Origin: Balanoglossus misakiensis
Taxonomy: Eukaryota; Animalia; Hemichordata
Assembly (NCBI GenBank): GCA_040954595.2
Contig: CM082594.2
Span: forward strand, 3,767,319 to 3,831,318
Length of the DNA: 64,000 bases
Direction: 5' to 3'
This document shows positions 28,201 to 43,200 of the stretch, in pieces. Position 1 is the stretch's first letter. Each line of letters starts with the position of its first letter. The notes beneath the pieces are model-generated. The model did no database searches. It saw only the letters and a list, made by a program, of their open reading frames with translations, and was not told the DNA's origin. The position numbers and the translations under genes are program-made.

Positions 28201-31200
28201 ATATAGTTCAGCATGAGCTCAACGACGCGATCTAATCTGTGGGCAAACCTTTCAAAACTGTTTTATCTTCCAAGCAAACACGCCTGCAAGTGTGCATCTT
28301 GATAATAAACGAGGGAAATTGACAGTGAAAGTAAAGAGCCGATTCAAACGGATTTTAATCAGCTTGATTAAATTGGACAGGTACGATCTGAGTTAGTTAA
28401 CTCAATATTTACAGTGTTTCTGCAAGGCCTGCGGGTATGTTGTTTAGTGTATGGACTAGAATCAATGGATAAGACAGTATAATGTGCAATCTCCGTAAAG
28501 ATAGCTGCAGTGTAAGTGTTGGACACCAAAACACCGCAAACGTTAGCATTGTCATGTACGTGCATGGTATTTGGAAAAATTCTAGCACAGTTTTGATGCC
28601 ATAACAGAGGAAACCAGTGCAGTGTGATCACACATTATTTCTTATAAGTAACAGCCTTACTATTTTGCTGAAGTGATTTTCATGCAAAGTATAACCACAA
28701 ATTGTTTGTATCATTTTCAATTAAGAAATTAAGATAATGGCTTATATACGCATTGGCGATTTATTAGGATAATTTACGTAAATATTACATATGGCATGAT
28801 AAAAGATTATTTAGTGCTTGTATGCTCACTGTCCTCCTAAATTCACAAATGTTAGAAGTGTTGACTGTAAATGGTTGCCCTTTCTGTCACTATAATTGCA
28901 AGGTTTTTTTGAATCTGAATGGCAAAGAGTGCTGAGAAGCGAAATCTGTGGCACCGTGCATGCAATTATCTCCTTTAGCCAATGTTGTTAGGCCGACTTT
29001 TCCTTGAATCGAAATTAAAACGGATTAACAGGGGCTTATTTCCGCCCAGAGCATCTGGGCAATCAGACAACAACAAAGCTGACAGAAAATCACACGTGGC
29101 TTAAGTCCCTGATGCATCCTGTTATATCGTAATCTTGTCTACTGTATATCGCTTTAAGAGCTTTTCATGTGAACGACATTGCTATTTCAATCAAGGCTGC
29201 CTCGCTTACAATGTCAAACTGATGGGAACTGTAATTTCAAGTAGAGCACTCTAAATATCGAATACATACAATCATGGATATAGCAAAATACAGGAAAGTG
29301 AATGAATTCATATGAGAACAACAGGGGTGTCAACAATACTGGATGTAAAAAAAACGTGCAAGAAATAAGAAAAGGCAATCGAAGGGGAGCCCTCATTTGT
29401 AAATTTCATCATCACGTAATCACGAATATCAGCCAACTCAAAATCACCGTTAAAGGACCACACTAAAAGGTGCTATACTGGGGCCTTGGGAACACAGAAC
29501 AGAAACCAGCCACTGGGGATTTAAGAATTGGCTACGTTAAGTTGCAGGTATTCGTCATGCATGCATCATGCTCTGAGAATCCGCTTTCGCAACAGTGGTG
29601 GGAATTCGAACGGGGACAAAGAAAACTGGGTCGTCCCAGGGGGTTTATCTATTAAAACTGGAATAATATTCATGAAATTGAGATTGGTATATAGGACTGG
29701 TATAATTACATATGACATATATCTGTGTGGTTATTTCATTCGATTTAAAGTTTCCAATACAGAATGAAACACAGAACTCGCTTACATAATGACTTGTTCG
29801 TTGAGTTGTTATAGTATAACAGGCATATACAAATTGTGGACAGACGAATTCTTTTCCATGTAAAACGTAATAAATTGAATAATAATTTCGTCCAGGTAGC
29901 CGGCTTAATGTCGCGTCTGTTCTTTTCGAACGGGAAATGAATTAAACTGCCATTTTTTTCTACATTTACACCTTACTTCTTGGGGACCCAGTTCATTACA
30001 TGCTGAAGCAACCACTCAGTAAATGTCAAAGTTGTGAATGCTCAAGAGAAAAAATAAGTGGTTATCATACACATATTATTCTGATAAAACAATGCAATCG
30101 AATCGGTGTGATTTTCCTTCGGGAGATCTGCCTTGCAGTAAAATTGATATTTTGAGCATGTTTATTTTCTTTTCGCTCGACGTGTGCACGCGGATATCTG
30201 ACTTTGAACTTTATGCCATCATTCATTGAGGACACCTATTGTATATTGACAAAAGCGATTGCTTTGGTACTTTTGTGTCAACTTGTCAGCGAAGTGATCT
30301 AGGATCATTTGAAAAACTGACAATTACAGATGGTACCACCTGATTAATGTTGATTGTTCGAAATATAGAGTCATGACCGTGACTGCGTTCTCGGTGTTAT
30401 CGATTAATCGAATAACCCGAACACGATCTGGTTCGTGTTCCGAGAATTAAAACAAGCAAAACTCAGTCAACCGAAGTATTCAAAAAATCCTTCATAGAAA
30501 AAACACAGAGACGCAAAGATAATATTCGTGTTGACAGTGAGAGTCGAAGCGTTAAACGAAATCACTTAACGGCGCATGCAGGTGACAGTCATTTTCTCAT
30601 ATAACAAGAACGTATAGAAACAACATTTTACAATGTTGCTTTCCTTATTTGTTCGTATAGGGGTGGCGGTTTGGAGTTGTCCACAACATACAAGAATCAC
30701 CTATGCTCAATTAAAGTGTATGTTTTAACTACGCACTAATGACATTTCAAAGACATAATATAAATTTTCAAGATTCTGTCAAACGTAGACATTTCGTAAC
30801 GTACATCTTTTATGGCCTTGGTAATTTATTGCAGAATGGAAACAGCGTCAATATCCGCTACAGGAAAATCATTCTAAGTTAAAGTATATATATTGCATTA
30901 TACAGGAAATAATGTGGTGCAATATTATTATTAATTTCTGCGATTGGGCTAGGGATTATTTTTAATGGCGATTACAATGTCTGCGAGATTTATTATCCGG
31001 GTTTCCCGTTGACCACGCTGTTTTATCGGTGAAGTCGATATGTGGTCGCGTATTCGTGTTGTTACTTACAATCTGAGACAGATATCAGAAGTTTCAAAGA
31101 AATGACGAGTGAATGCATGTTTAGCAACAAGAACAATTGTTCACTAAAGTAGGGGTGTTTCTTGTTTCGTACGGTTGTAAGCGGTGTACACGATTCTAGT

Positions 31201-34200
31201 TAATATATCCATGATCAATACACCGTGTAGTAGTTTCTTCTGGTATTCCCCATGACAGTTTTCGCGTAGTCTATTCAAATTTTCACTTGTCGCATCGTGT
31301 ATAGTTGGTTTTATCAGAGTAAAGTAACAGTGTGGTGTGTGGTTTACGGCCAAGCAGTAGTATACCATAGTACAGCGTAATCTCACTGTAATCAAAACAC
31401 GCCATGAAAAATGAATCCGGACGAATGAATCAGAAAATAAGCTGACAAGACAAGTTAGGCTAAATTTAAAATGCGATACAAAATCTGACTTTTCTTGTGC
31501 AATCAAGTTTTTCTTTCATCGTGACAAATCATCACGTACACGTATTCAAATACTTTTAATAAACTGTGTGACTCTGTCAGTGATTACATGTAGTTAGTGT
31601 ACGTTATTCATGCTTGGCTGAAGTTTCCGTGGGACGGGAAATCGAATATATAGAGCTTGAATTGTCCAATTTGACGAGAATGGATTTTGTGCCTCGCAGA
31701 CAGCCGGGCACGATAAACAACAATTGACGTATCTTAGTGACCCCTGCTATTCCTAGCCCAACCTGCCTTCACTATGCCGTGTGTACAAAGAAGGTCTGTC
31801 TAGCTGCGGCGTTTCCATGGATATTTCAACTGACACATGTTTCCTTGTGCTCTTCCCGCAGTTGTCATAATCGCCGCTTCAGGGGGCGCGGTGCGCGAAC
31901 TCCTGATCAAAGCCTACGAGAACGGAATGATCAACGGCGACTATGCATTCTTCAACATCTACCTCGTGTCCTACAAGTACTACGGTGAGAACACGTGGTA
32001 CAGAGGCGACGAATACGATGACATTGCCAAGAAAGCGTACGATGCGCTGAACACAGTGACCCTCTACGTACCGCTCACCGATGAGTATTCAGCCTTTGCC
32101 AGCGAAGTTCAAAGACGAGCCATAGAAGAATATAACTATGATTTCGAAGACACAGATGTAGGTAGCAATTGGGACTAACCCCGAAATATGTAAAATATTT
32201 ATCAGACGATGATGATGATCATTTGAATTTTGCGGTGTCGTTATCATCTTATCCTGCAGGTACCAATTGGGATAACCCCGAAATATGTAAAATATTTATC
32301 AGTCGATGATGATGATGATGATGATGATAATTTGAACTCTTGTGGAGTCGTTTGCTTCCTATTGTGCAGGTAGCACACATTGCATCATTGAGTCGGTTTA
32401 CGGTATAGTTGCAGAACAAGTAACTCGTTACTCACTATGCACATTTCAAAGTAGCTGCCGGGCTTTTCAAGAACGCTTTAATGACACGGTGAATACTCTG
32501 TTACCCCGCGTTAGTTTTCAAAATAACTCAAAAGGGTTTGAATATGACAAAAACAGAAAAAGAGAGATGTCAATAGGGAGATTTAACATTTCATTAACCC
32601 CCATCAGATGATATTTCAATGTTTCAACGGCAGTTCTCTTTACCTCTTAACCTTGAACAATGGAAGGTCAATTCACACAGTGAGTAATTCCTAACCCCTT
32701 TTACAACTTGTTATGATAAACTACATGTATAACGATTATTTTTGTCTTTCTATAGTTCAATTACTACATCGGTTCGTTCCACGATACGGTCTTGCTATTC
32801 TCCTTGGCTGTCAACGAGACGCTATCAGACGGTGGTGATATAAGAGATGGTCTCTCATTCACTCCCAGAATGTGGAACAGAACGTTTAAAGGTAAAAGCA
32901 TTTCTTCAGTCCCACACCACCAAAGTATATCAGGTATGCATCATTACTGTATCAGTGCTATAACAGTAACAGTGAACAGTAATGTAGCAACGAAGGAGAC
33001 GCATCTATGTAACATTCACGTTGGTTCCGACAAATGTAACACCACTGTTATGACAGAGCTGTAACGTGGCTGTTCCAACATTGCAGTAACAGCGCTGTTG
33101 GAACAGGACATGTATGCAAAAACTACGATAACAATATTGACGCAAGAGCCAATACTTTCACTAGGTCACACATTGTCACAAGATATATAATGCGTATTGT
33201 CATCTTCCTGAAAGGTATCTTGGGAGATATCGTGATGGATGACAATGGCGACAGACACTCAGATTTTTCGATGCTGGATATGAACGAAAACTACGAGTTC
33301 GAAGTAAGTTCACTTGTCGTCTGCCTGATAATATTTAAATAGACTACCAGCCAATCGATTGCAGACATCATGTCTCCCACAACGAGATGGCTGTGTACAC
33401 TCATGGTACACTTAAATACAGACGTATTATTAACGATGTAAAGCACTGTTTTTCTTTCGCCATCCCCCACAATACGACTTGCTTCCGGACAGGTAAATTG
33501 GCACTGCCATTAAACAATATCATTAATGAAAACTGATAACAAGGGGTGTTCTCACCAAGTGAAAACTCAACATATATGCAATATGAGACAACTTCTTCTC
33601 TTCAAAGCCAAAATGCTCGCGAATTTGGGTTAACGTCACATTGAACAACCACTAGATTTTGGGATGCCAGTTGAAAATGCCATGACCACCTGTTGATGCA
33701 GCTTTGATGTAAGCTTGTTATAGAGCTTCGGTCATTGAACTGACAAATGATATTATATCCGCACCATACATCTAAAACAAAACCAAGCGAATTTCAAGTC
33801 TTCGATTGATGATCTTCTCTGACATAATTTATGACGTCAAGTTTGCTCATTACGCCTCACTGTCTTTAAGCGTATATGTCGTTTATAGGAAATCTCGAAA
33901 ATGAAAATAAAACATTTTACCTAGACCGACACAAACGACGAGGGAACACGAACTCAAAATATTTCGCCATTACATGCAAACGTTGGAATACAAAAACCTC
34001 CAAAGAGATTTCATTACGTCAAGAGAATTAAATATCACTCATTTAAGCAGATGTGATTAAATATACACATGTGTAACCATTAGTATGTGGTCGTTCCACA
34101 GAAGAAAATTTTGAACATTTTAAAACTGATAACGCATGACTTCTCCATCAGGTGATTGCGAACTATTTTGGTGCGCACGAATCGTACGATCCGGTAGCAG

Positions 34201-37200
34201 GGAAAGTGGTACGGTGGCCTGCAGGGGCCACTGGACCCCCAGCAGATGAACCGTACTGTGGATTCTACGGCGAAAAACCAGAATGCAACAGTAAGTTCAA
34301 AACTCCTTGTACTGTTTGTCTGCAAATTGATTAAAGCAACGCGAACTGCAATGAACATTATAAATCTCACAGCTGTTGAACGGGAAATTAAGAATGGAGA
34401 CTAAAAGATGAGAAATACTCGACAGAATAGTCTGAATGGTACCGGTACAAGTCGTAAAATGCAAATAGCCTGCTCTATTAAATGATAATTAGTATTACAG
34501 TAAAAACACGGCTGCCACCCACAATGGCATATACATTAACTTTAGGCGTGATCGTGTCACACACTGAACACGTTGTAGGGAAACGCCTCACCCAACATTT
34601 TTGCTAGCCAGATGCAGTTACCACAAAGAAAGACATGGGACGGAGTTGAAAATTTGAACTTTTGTCAGGTTTGAGGATGACTGCAGTTCTGACTTTAAGC
34701 GTTGTTAAAGGGACAAAGTCTATCTCTCGCTGCACATTTTCCATTAATTATGTTTGATACAAGACACTGTTTATGTTATTCTACATGTCGATATATAGTG
34801 AATCAACATTCGACCACACACAACTTCCATCCCGTTTGTAGACACTAGAGTGATAAACTCGCCAAAATGAATAATCGTTCTTTACCATTTATTCATTTTG
34901 GGCGAGTTTTTACTCTCATATCCTACAAACGGGATGGAAGTTGTGTGTGATTAAATGTTCATTCACTACATATACACGTGTACATTAACATAAACAGTGT
35001 TTTGTATCAAATAAAATTAATGGAAAAAGGGCAGCGAGAGAGAGACTTTGTCCCTTTAATAGAGTGCCTGGTCATCAAATTGCAATTTTGATTATAAAAC
35101 ATTTACTATGTACATCAATCAAACCTGCGGGATGTATGAATGCAATTAATTTGTTATAAAATCGGTAACTCTACACCGTCGTGTAATAATGAGGGTTAAC
35201 TAGACTACATACAACGTCATTTCATCGACCATATTAAATAAAGTTGCCATTCATTGCGGTTGTCCAGCCACTACAGATGGTACATCCAATTATCGTTATG
35301 AAATGGCAACCAATTAAAACGTTCCATCACTGTCCTCGTTTAATTGGAATATCAATTTTGATGCCACTGCAATATCTGGCTAAGCGTTTCGCGGTGATAT
35401 TAACTGCTTTTAACCCAGGTTTAGCTAAAACAATGACTTTTGTGGGTTGTAATTATGACCCTGACGAATAACAATGACAACTTGTTCTATTATCAGAGGA
35501 GTTTCCCCTGTCGGGTATAATTGGTCTGGCATTTGGAGGCGTTATATTGGTCGGCGTGGCTGGTGTTGCTTTCGTCATGTACCGGTAAGTTCGAGTTCCT
35601 GTATTCTCGCGCATGCGGGATGTGTGTGAGAACGGGTAGGCATGGCGGGAGGGCGGAGAAGGGTGGAACAAGAGAGAAAGGGCGACAAGCAGTAAACACC
35701 AAGTGTGTGCTTACAATGCTACAGGTGCAACTGACCATACGTGATGAGAGCCTCGGAGAATTCAAGACTTGGTTCAGTAAACCTCGCGCCATGCACGTAA
35801 ACAAAATATAATGAAATATGCGGGCGTCTTAATGCAGTACGTCACCGAGAAAACAAGTGCGTCCGGTGACGTGACGTGACACTACTGCACTGCAACCAAA
35901 CTTGTAAATGCACCCTGTTGAACACATACGTGATGAAACAATTTCTCTGTTGGCAAAGTTGCTAGTAAAATGTTTTGGGGAAACGTGATGACAAAGTGAA
36001 TCCGCTGCAAACAAACGTCTACTCTACTTCTCATCAAGGACAGTTGGTAGAATACGATCGGGAGCAAAAGTCTGCTCGGGGTAGAATTGAGGTCGATAAC
36101 TTTAACCTCGACTGAAGTACTATTCCTTCAGGATGTGCCAGGATAAGTTAAGGCACGTGTTCCATCCAATTCGGCAGTGCCGATGGGAGACAGCACATTT
36201 GTCTTCCTTTGCCTACACAAATTACCCAATCAGGTGGAAAGTAATTAATTGAATTGCACTGAATCCCAGGCCACAACGGGGCGATGCTCAGTGTCTCAGG
36301 CGAGTTGTGAGAATTTCTTTGTCGGACTGAGCCGGGGGCGAAACGTGGGACAGAAATCTCCCACAACAGGCGAGATTCCAGAGACACTTTTGAGGGAGGG
36401 CACAACAATCGTCACGTTTTTATTGCTCGGGGTAATCGTTAATCTTAATTATTCAGTGTTGACGTTTTCCCCTGGACTGTAATGGTACAGATACCTTGTT
36501 CATGACTCTCTCCGGCTGTGGTGAGATACGGTCTATAATAATTCTCCAGACCGTTAATCTACGGTTGTAAAGTTGGAAATTCTCCCGATTCTTAAATTGT
36601 CTTTTGATATAGTTGGCCTGGATGAATTTTACCAATGTCAATCATAATCGTGATTGTGTAACAATTAATTTGAAGTACAATCTCTATAATTGCGTGGTGT
36701 AGCTGTCTATCAGCGAGCGTAAACTGTACACTGCATCCGATTGGTCAAATATAACATCAGAGGGTTGTGCATCAAATGCAAGATTATTTCGCTTGCGCAA
36801 ATTTACTGAGAGAAAGTTCAAATCAGTCTTTCATCAGTAATTTCTGTCATGAATGTTGGTAATGTAAGGAAACCAGTCCTCCTCTCCGACAGAAAGCTGA
36901 AATCACTTCCACGAGAAAAAAGTACCTTATCGACAAAACCGCACACTATGCTGGATTGAAGTGGTCTTCGGAAAGTTAATCAAAGACAGCTGGTTATCTG
37001 TTCGTTGTTTCCCGCACAGAAAATTCCGCGACTTTAAAATGTTATCTCGGTTGCTGCTCTCCGAACATCAGATTCATAATCGAGCGTTAATGTAAGACAG
37101 GGGATACGGGTTATCCGCGGGGAGCGCCAACAGTTATCGAACATGCCCGAGCTTATTCCTAAGATAGTTAATATCACCTTGGTTACTAGTTGATGTTTCT

Positions 37201-40200
37201 TTTCCGTTGTCATCCTCAATCTATTCTTACTTCGTCTCCCACGCAAAAATATAATCACCCTCCTTCCAATGTTTACCCTCTTATGCAATATATGGCTGCA
37301 TCCTACTTACATGTAATAACTGAAAAGATACGGACAGCTGCGGGTAGTAGCTTATGATATCAACTGTTAATTTTGCATTTTCCCCAAGAGACAATGGGCT
37401 AAACGACTGACAGCACTCAATCCAATACTTACTAACTAGAGTTTAAAATGCATTGAGACAAACATAAAGTGCACATATATTGCAGGAATTCATTGTAACA
37501 TTTTTATCAAATTTTAGACGTTACAAACTGGAGCAGGAATTGGCAAATATGATGTGGAAAGTAAGATGGGATGACGTCATACTCTCCAAGGAGAAAGGGA
37601 ACTCAACTTCAAGAATTTCACTTATGGTAAATGAATTCTTATGTTAATTGAAAAATTTCAAAGAAGGACAGACAGACAGACAACTCATAATTACACAAGA
37701 TGAACTTGCCAGTGGATGTATTACGTCTCGAATATCATTCTTCTGAAACACTCGATTGAAGCTTGCAATTAATTGCATCATGAAATATAACCCAGTTAGG
37801 TTATCTGATAGAAAGTTTAGAATTTACGTGGATTTTGTCCATATCAGTATGTAGTATTTGGGTGCACTGTGTGAATGGTTTGTAACACGGTCGATCAAAC
37901 CATTACAGGTTATCGTAATTACATTTAAATTTTGTAAAGAGAGATTTCACTTTTTGATTGACATTGTCTTGTATTTTTTGTTGAATTCAGCAAAGTCAAT
38001 CCAACATCTCCTGTCACACTGGTCAAGGTGGACAAATATTCACGACAGTCGCCACGTACAAGGTATGAACCATGTTTTCACTATAACGTTTCGTACATGA
38101 GAGACATCTTGCAGGCAAAGTGTATAAATATGACCACGTGATTACTAAGATCATATACTTTGCTTCTAAGTTTAGTTTTACGTTTATTGAGCCCCACCTA
38201 ATAATAGAGGAATTAAAGGGTTTACTGGGCAGATATTAATGTCGCTAAATTCACAGGCGCTCAATAGTGTCTCCATTTGATGGTCGGAGATGTTTTGTCA
38301 CAATGATTGATTTTGTTAGTGAAAATCTGACAGGTTTCCATTTACGTGATTGTTGCTCGACGTAAAAGCCCCCTTTTCTGTTCTTCATTTTTATGCACAC
38401 TGCTCATTCGCCCACTTAGTATAGTACTGATGCCCTTTTTGCAGAGGTCGGATACTTGGTGATAGAAACTTCGGAAAGTAATTGCGAATCCAGCTAAGCT
38501 CTATGGATTCAGTGCGTGAATGAGAGAAGAAACAGACTCGCGAATGAAATGAGCGTTTCATGCCATGTTTGGTTCTCCGATTTCGTTTCAAAATTCAAAT
38601 AAGTTCCACACACGGACGTCTATTGAAGATCATTTGGTCTTTCTGAGAAAGGGGAGAGTGACGCACAATGCCAGTTGAACGTGACTGAATCAATCGAAGT
38701 GCATCAATTTTAGCCTGCCGCCTTGTCGGCTTCCCATGCAAACGCAGAAAGTCAATCTATTCAGATTAATTTCGCCACCTGAGCTCTGTACTTGGGTATG
38801 TTCCCAGAAATACCAGAGTGACGCGCGTGAAACGAGTGAAGCGCAAACGTGTAATAATTGATTGACTCCGCACAACCGTCTTCAAAAAATCTTGATTACG
38901 CTGGTGGACTTTAAAATGCGCACTGTTTGTTGTCACGCGGTGGTAAACATAACGACCGAACATTATTTTTAAAATGGCAGAATTTCATAACATTGCAAAT
39001 ATACTATGTAAACATTTATTAGGCCATTCATCGATTTTGCTATTACGTTGGTAGAGTAAATGACTGGTCTCAAAATATAAAATATAATGTCCAATATAAG
39101 TTACTTTGTTGACTACATTGGCTGTCTCAGAATACAGCAAGGAAAGCCGTGATTTTATATTAAATCCGTGGAAAATTGTCGGCACGACACAGAGATGGAG
39201 ACATCCGAGTACTCTCAACGGTCTGGGCATGCAGTGCAAACAAAATGCTATCGATGTGTCAGCGACCTAGATTTTAATCCGCGGTGGCTATTTATCTTCG
39301 GCGGAACAGGAAATGCGCCGAAAAGAATGTCTATTATAACCCGTAATGGTGGGATTTCAGTTGCACCGTTAATGGATGCGAGATTGATAAGGATAAACCA
39401 CCAACATTTGAGGAGAAAGGCTAAACGTGTTCACTACGACCCCAGATCCGTCAGTAAATTGCAAGCTTAGTTCGAGCAGAGGATTTTCCTCGAAATGCGG
39501 CGGAAGAATATGATTTAAACCGAACCTTTGCCACACACCGTGTGCGTTCTCCGACTGATGCACGTCACATTCCGCAACGAAAATAATTTTTACCAATACA
39601 AAATACATGTGTTAGACTTAATTAAACTTAATTAATGAACGATCTCATCTTTGTAAACGTATTCTGTCCTTCAGACGATAGGGTACTCAGGTGGAAAAAA
39701 TCTTTCGCTTACAACTTTTGCAATTGGCTGTCGAATGAAATAAAATTTCCTATGTGGATCATACTTCTGTAGGGTAATATCGTCGCCGTGAAGAAACTAA
39801 ACAAGAAGAAAGTTGAACTGACACGCGAAGTCCTTTTGGAGTTAAAGCATGTAAGTTAGCATTTTATGTAATGTGGGTTCCATAAGTGAGAATCTAATTA
39901 TAAGTTATGTTAAATTATGACATCATTACAACCTCCGTGGCATTTACACCGTCAGTGGGTTAAGAGTTGTTGATTTTATACGTAATACATTTATTCTGAG
40001 GTACATGTACATGCGTTTAATGGGCCATGATTGCTAGTACATGTAATTAAATTCGTCGCCCCCACTGTGTTATAATAACAGTGAACCAAGCTTATTCTTC
40101 CACGCTTCTGTCGCCTTATTCTTGACTCATCAATATTCAAATCATGCAGAACACTTGTGCATGTAGAACATAGACACGGTCTTTAATGCATCTTTACTTA

Positions 40201-43200
40201 TGACTTTTATCAGATGAGAGACATTCACCACAGTAACGTCACCAATTTCGTCGGCGCATGCGTGGACTACCCGCACATCTGTACTCTGACGGAATATTGC
40301 CCCAAAGGCAGTTTACAGGTAAATGAACTACGTACTTAACGTATCAGTCCTACCTAGCATCAGCGGAACCACTGTAACCTTCTTCGTTTGCTTGCTTGTT
40401 AGTAGAATAGTCTAGGAAACGCTTTGTGATATCATGACATTTATAGAGCGGACAGTGCAGGATATTAAACAAGGGACAATCTTCAAAGTGGTACATACAT
40501 GTAGCGTATCAAGTTTAATGTTTGCTGCGATGAAATATTTATTAAAGAAACATCTCATTTTAGCTGAGCACCTTTCCGTATGCAGGAAGATACCATAAAA
40601 CCTCTATAAATCGTTTTTTTTTGTTTCCAACATTGCGATTTAATTAGTTCAGGCAAACGCAGGCATTTCCGCTTTCAAATACAAAACGTTCAATACCATT
40701 TTCTCCGTGTTTTACGTCTGTAGGACATTCTTCAAAACGAGGCAATTAAACTGGACTGGGTTTTTAAATATTCATTGATGCAAGATATCGTCACGGTAAG
40801 TCTTCGTGGGTCAATAGAAGTCACTGCGATTTAAAAAGCGCCAATCACGATCTCACTACCGGAAACCAGTGACAGTTCTTTCATAATTGATGAGAGATTC
40901 TTCCGGAGAGTGAGCACCTGAAGTATGGGGGTCCGAACACACATGACATTGAAAGTAACAGTATACCTATACATCTTGTATGATTGCTTTTTGGTGTTTC
41001 ATTCTATACGATAACTGCGGTCTTGTTCTGCTCCATCTGTCAATTTCACGTTGAAATGGTAGCATTCATTTTTATCGACTCAGTCTTTACATCCAGCAAT
41101 GGCATTGCTGGTATCCAAGATTGTATATACGCCCGGACCTAAATTCATTCGCCATCATTATCTATGCAGCTTCTATTGATAGGCTGAACACGGTGTTAGC
41201 AAAACTTTAGCTGATACAACTCATACAATGTGGATGCGACATTAAATTGGTTGTGCCCACTGACCTTTAGTTTTGATCAGAGTGCGATCTTCAATTTAAG
41301 AGTTCAGAAGTCAGAAAACTATTCTATTTGCTGATAGGCAATGACCCATTAAAGATCATCCTCACAGGTCTTTTGATAAACAACCCTTTGAAACTAGTAT
41401 TTTCTCATGCGCGGTCGTATAAGAGGATTCATACAACTTTGATACTTCATGTTGTAATACGCTCAGGGACTGTACTATCTCCACGGAAGTTTTATACGTC
41501 ACCATGGTAACCTGAAATCTTCCAACTGCGTGGTGGATAGCAGGTTTGTCTTGAAACTGACCGACTTCGGGTTGGAAAAGTTTAAAGAAGAAGACACGGA
41601 GGCCGAGAAATCGCACGCATATTATGCAAGTGAGTGAATGGGTAATATTGTTGTAAATTCTGTGCACATTACTGTGATAATCCACGCTTATAACTTCTAG
41701 TAAATTAACTACCCAGAGAAATTCATACGATTCTCGCGTCGAATGCAAGAAACACATTGATGACTGAGCGAAACATATGCGGAAGTATAACAAAACTTGT
41801 AAATTTATGAGAGAATTGACGTGGAAGTCAGGATATGTAATAATGCTATCGCCTACAAGGTATAATGGAGGACCCGGTTACAACATGGACACGGATTTTC
41901 TTTTAAAAGGGTGATAGTACGCCATAGGTTAGTTGACAACAATTCAAGTGCCGAATGGATTTACGCCAACACACGCTACTGATTCAATATAATCAACAAC
42001 GTGCTCACCAAGAACTTGTTGAACAAGTTATGCACATATTTTACAAAACTGTTGCTTCCTTTGCAAGCAGAGATGTTGTGGACAGCTCCGGAAATTCTAC
42101 GTCAAGGGAGTCATCGGAAAGGGTCACAGAAAGGTGACATCTACAGCTATGGAATCATTTTACAGGAAATTATTCTAAGAACTGAACCGTTTGAAGATAT
42201 AAACTGTGATACAACGCAGCCACCGCAAGGTTAGTTTTTAAATGCCGAATAACAATGCATGACCTTCTGTTATGTTCCATGTACAGGCAAAAGATATATT
42301 GTTTATATCTATAGAAATACTCACGTCAACAAATTTGGCCAAATTAAACTATTATCTAGATACGCCTACAATAGAAGCTATAGTTTGTGTCTCTTCCCAT
42401 GGGACTGCATTGAGAATTGCTAATAAAAACACTTCTACTCTTGTAATTCATGAAATTTCCACATACTTGGGTCAATCCAAATTTAATTCAGTGACTTAAT
42501 TAAATTGTATAATCAGCCTGCTGGCCAGATAAGTTTGAAAACTGTTCATCATTGCCTGTGCCGTGTCCTCAGCGTAAAAATGACGCCCGACGCGATGATG
42601 CGACTAATCATATTGGCGCTGGATGTAGACAAGTTTGAAGTGAATTGACCGAGTTTTTATACAACAATACTAAGCCTCACGATAGTTCCTCAATAACGAA
42701 GAGTTGCTTCAATATTCCCAGAAATCGTTGAAAAGCTAAAACGCGGTGGCGAGCCCCCTTTTCGGCCCGTGGTTAACAGGGACGCCTGCCCGGACGAAGT
42801 TCACTCACTCATGGTGCGATGCTGGGCTGAGAACCCCGAATCAAGGACTGATATCAGTAGCGTAAAGAGCGCCACCTTGAAATTTAATAAGTAAGTGTCC
42901 GTCTAACAAGTACATGTGAGTACAAGAATGCCCGTCAGTGAAAATCTCACAGCTCTTTCATCGCCAAAAAGTTTGACCTAACCGTTTTATCACCACAGTA
43001 TCATGAGACCAATATTTTGCTAACTTGGGGTAAGAGAATGAAAAGTAATAGCTGTTCTGTTTAAGCTATTCATTGCATTTCGTTACGTATATACTGAAGT
43101 GTTTACGGGTAGATTTCTTACATTGCTGGGTTTGCAAAGGCATATTTCCTTAATACCAAATTGAAGGAAGCGGAAAAGCAGGATAAGAACTAATTTTATT

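Noticed and set aside
38340-39600. CpG-rich intronic block that could be a transposon body
   Set aside because: No terminal repeats, target-site duplication or transposase/RT motif could be identified
41362-41793. 143-aa minus-strand ORF
   Set aside because: Antisense to cyclase exon 12 plus intron sequence, with no protein features
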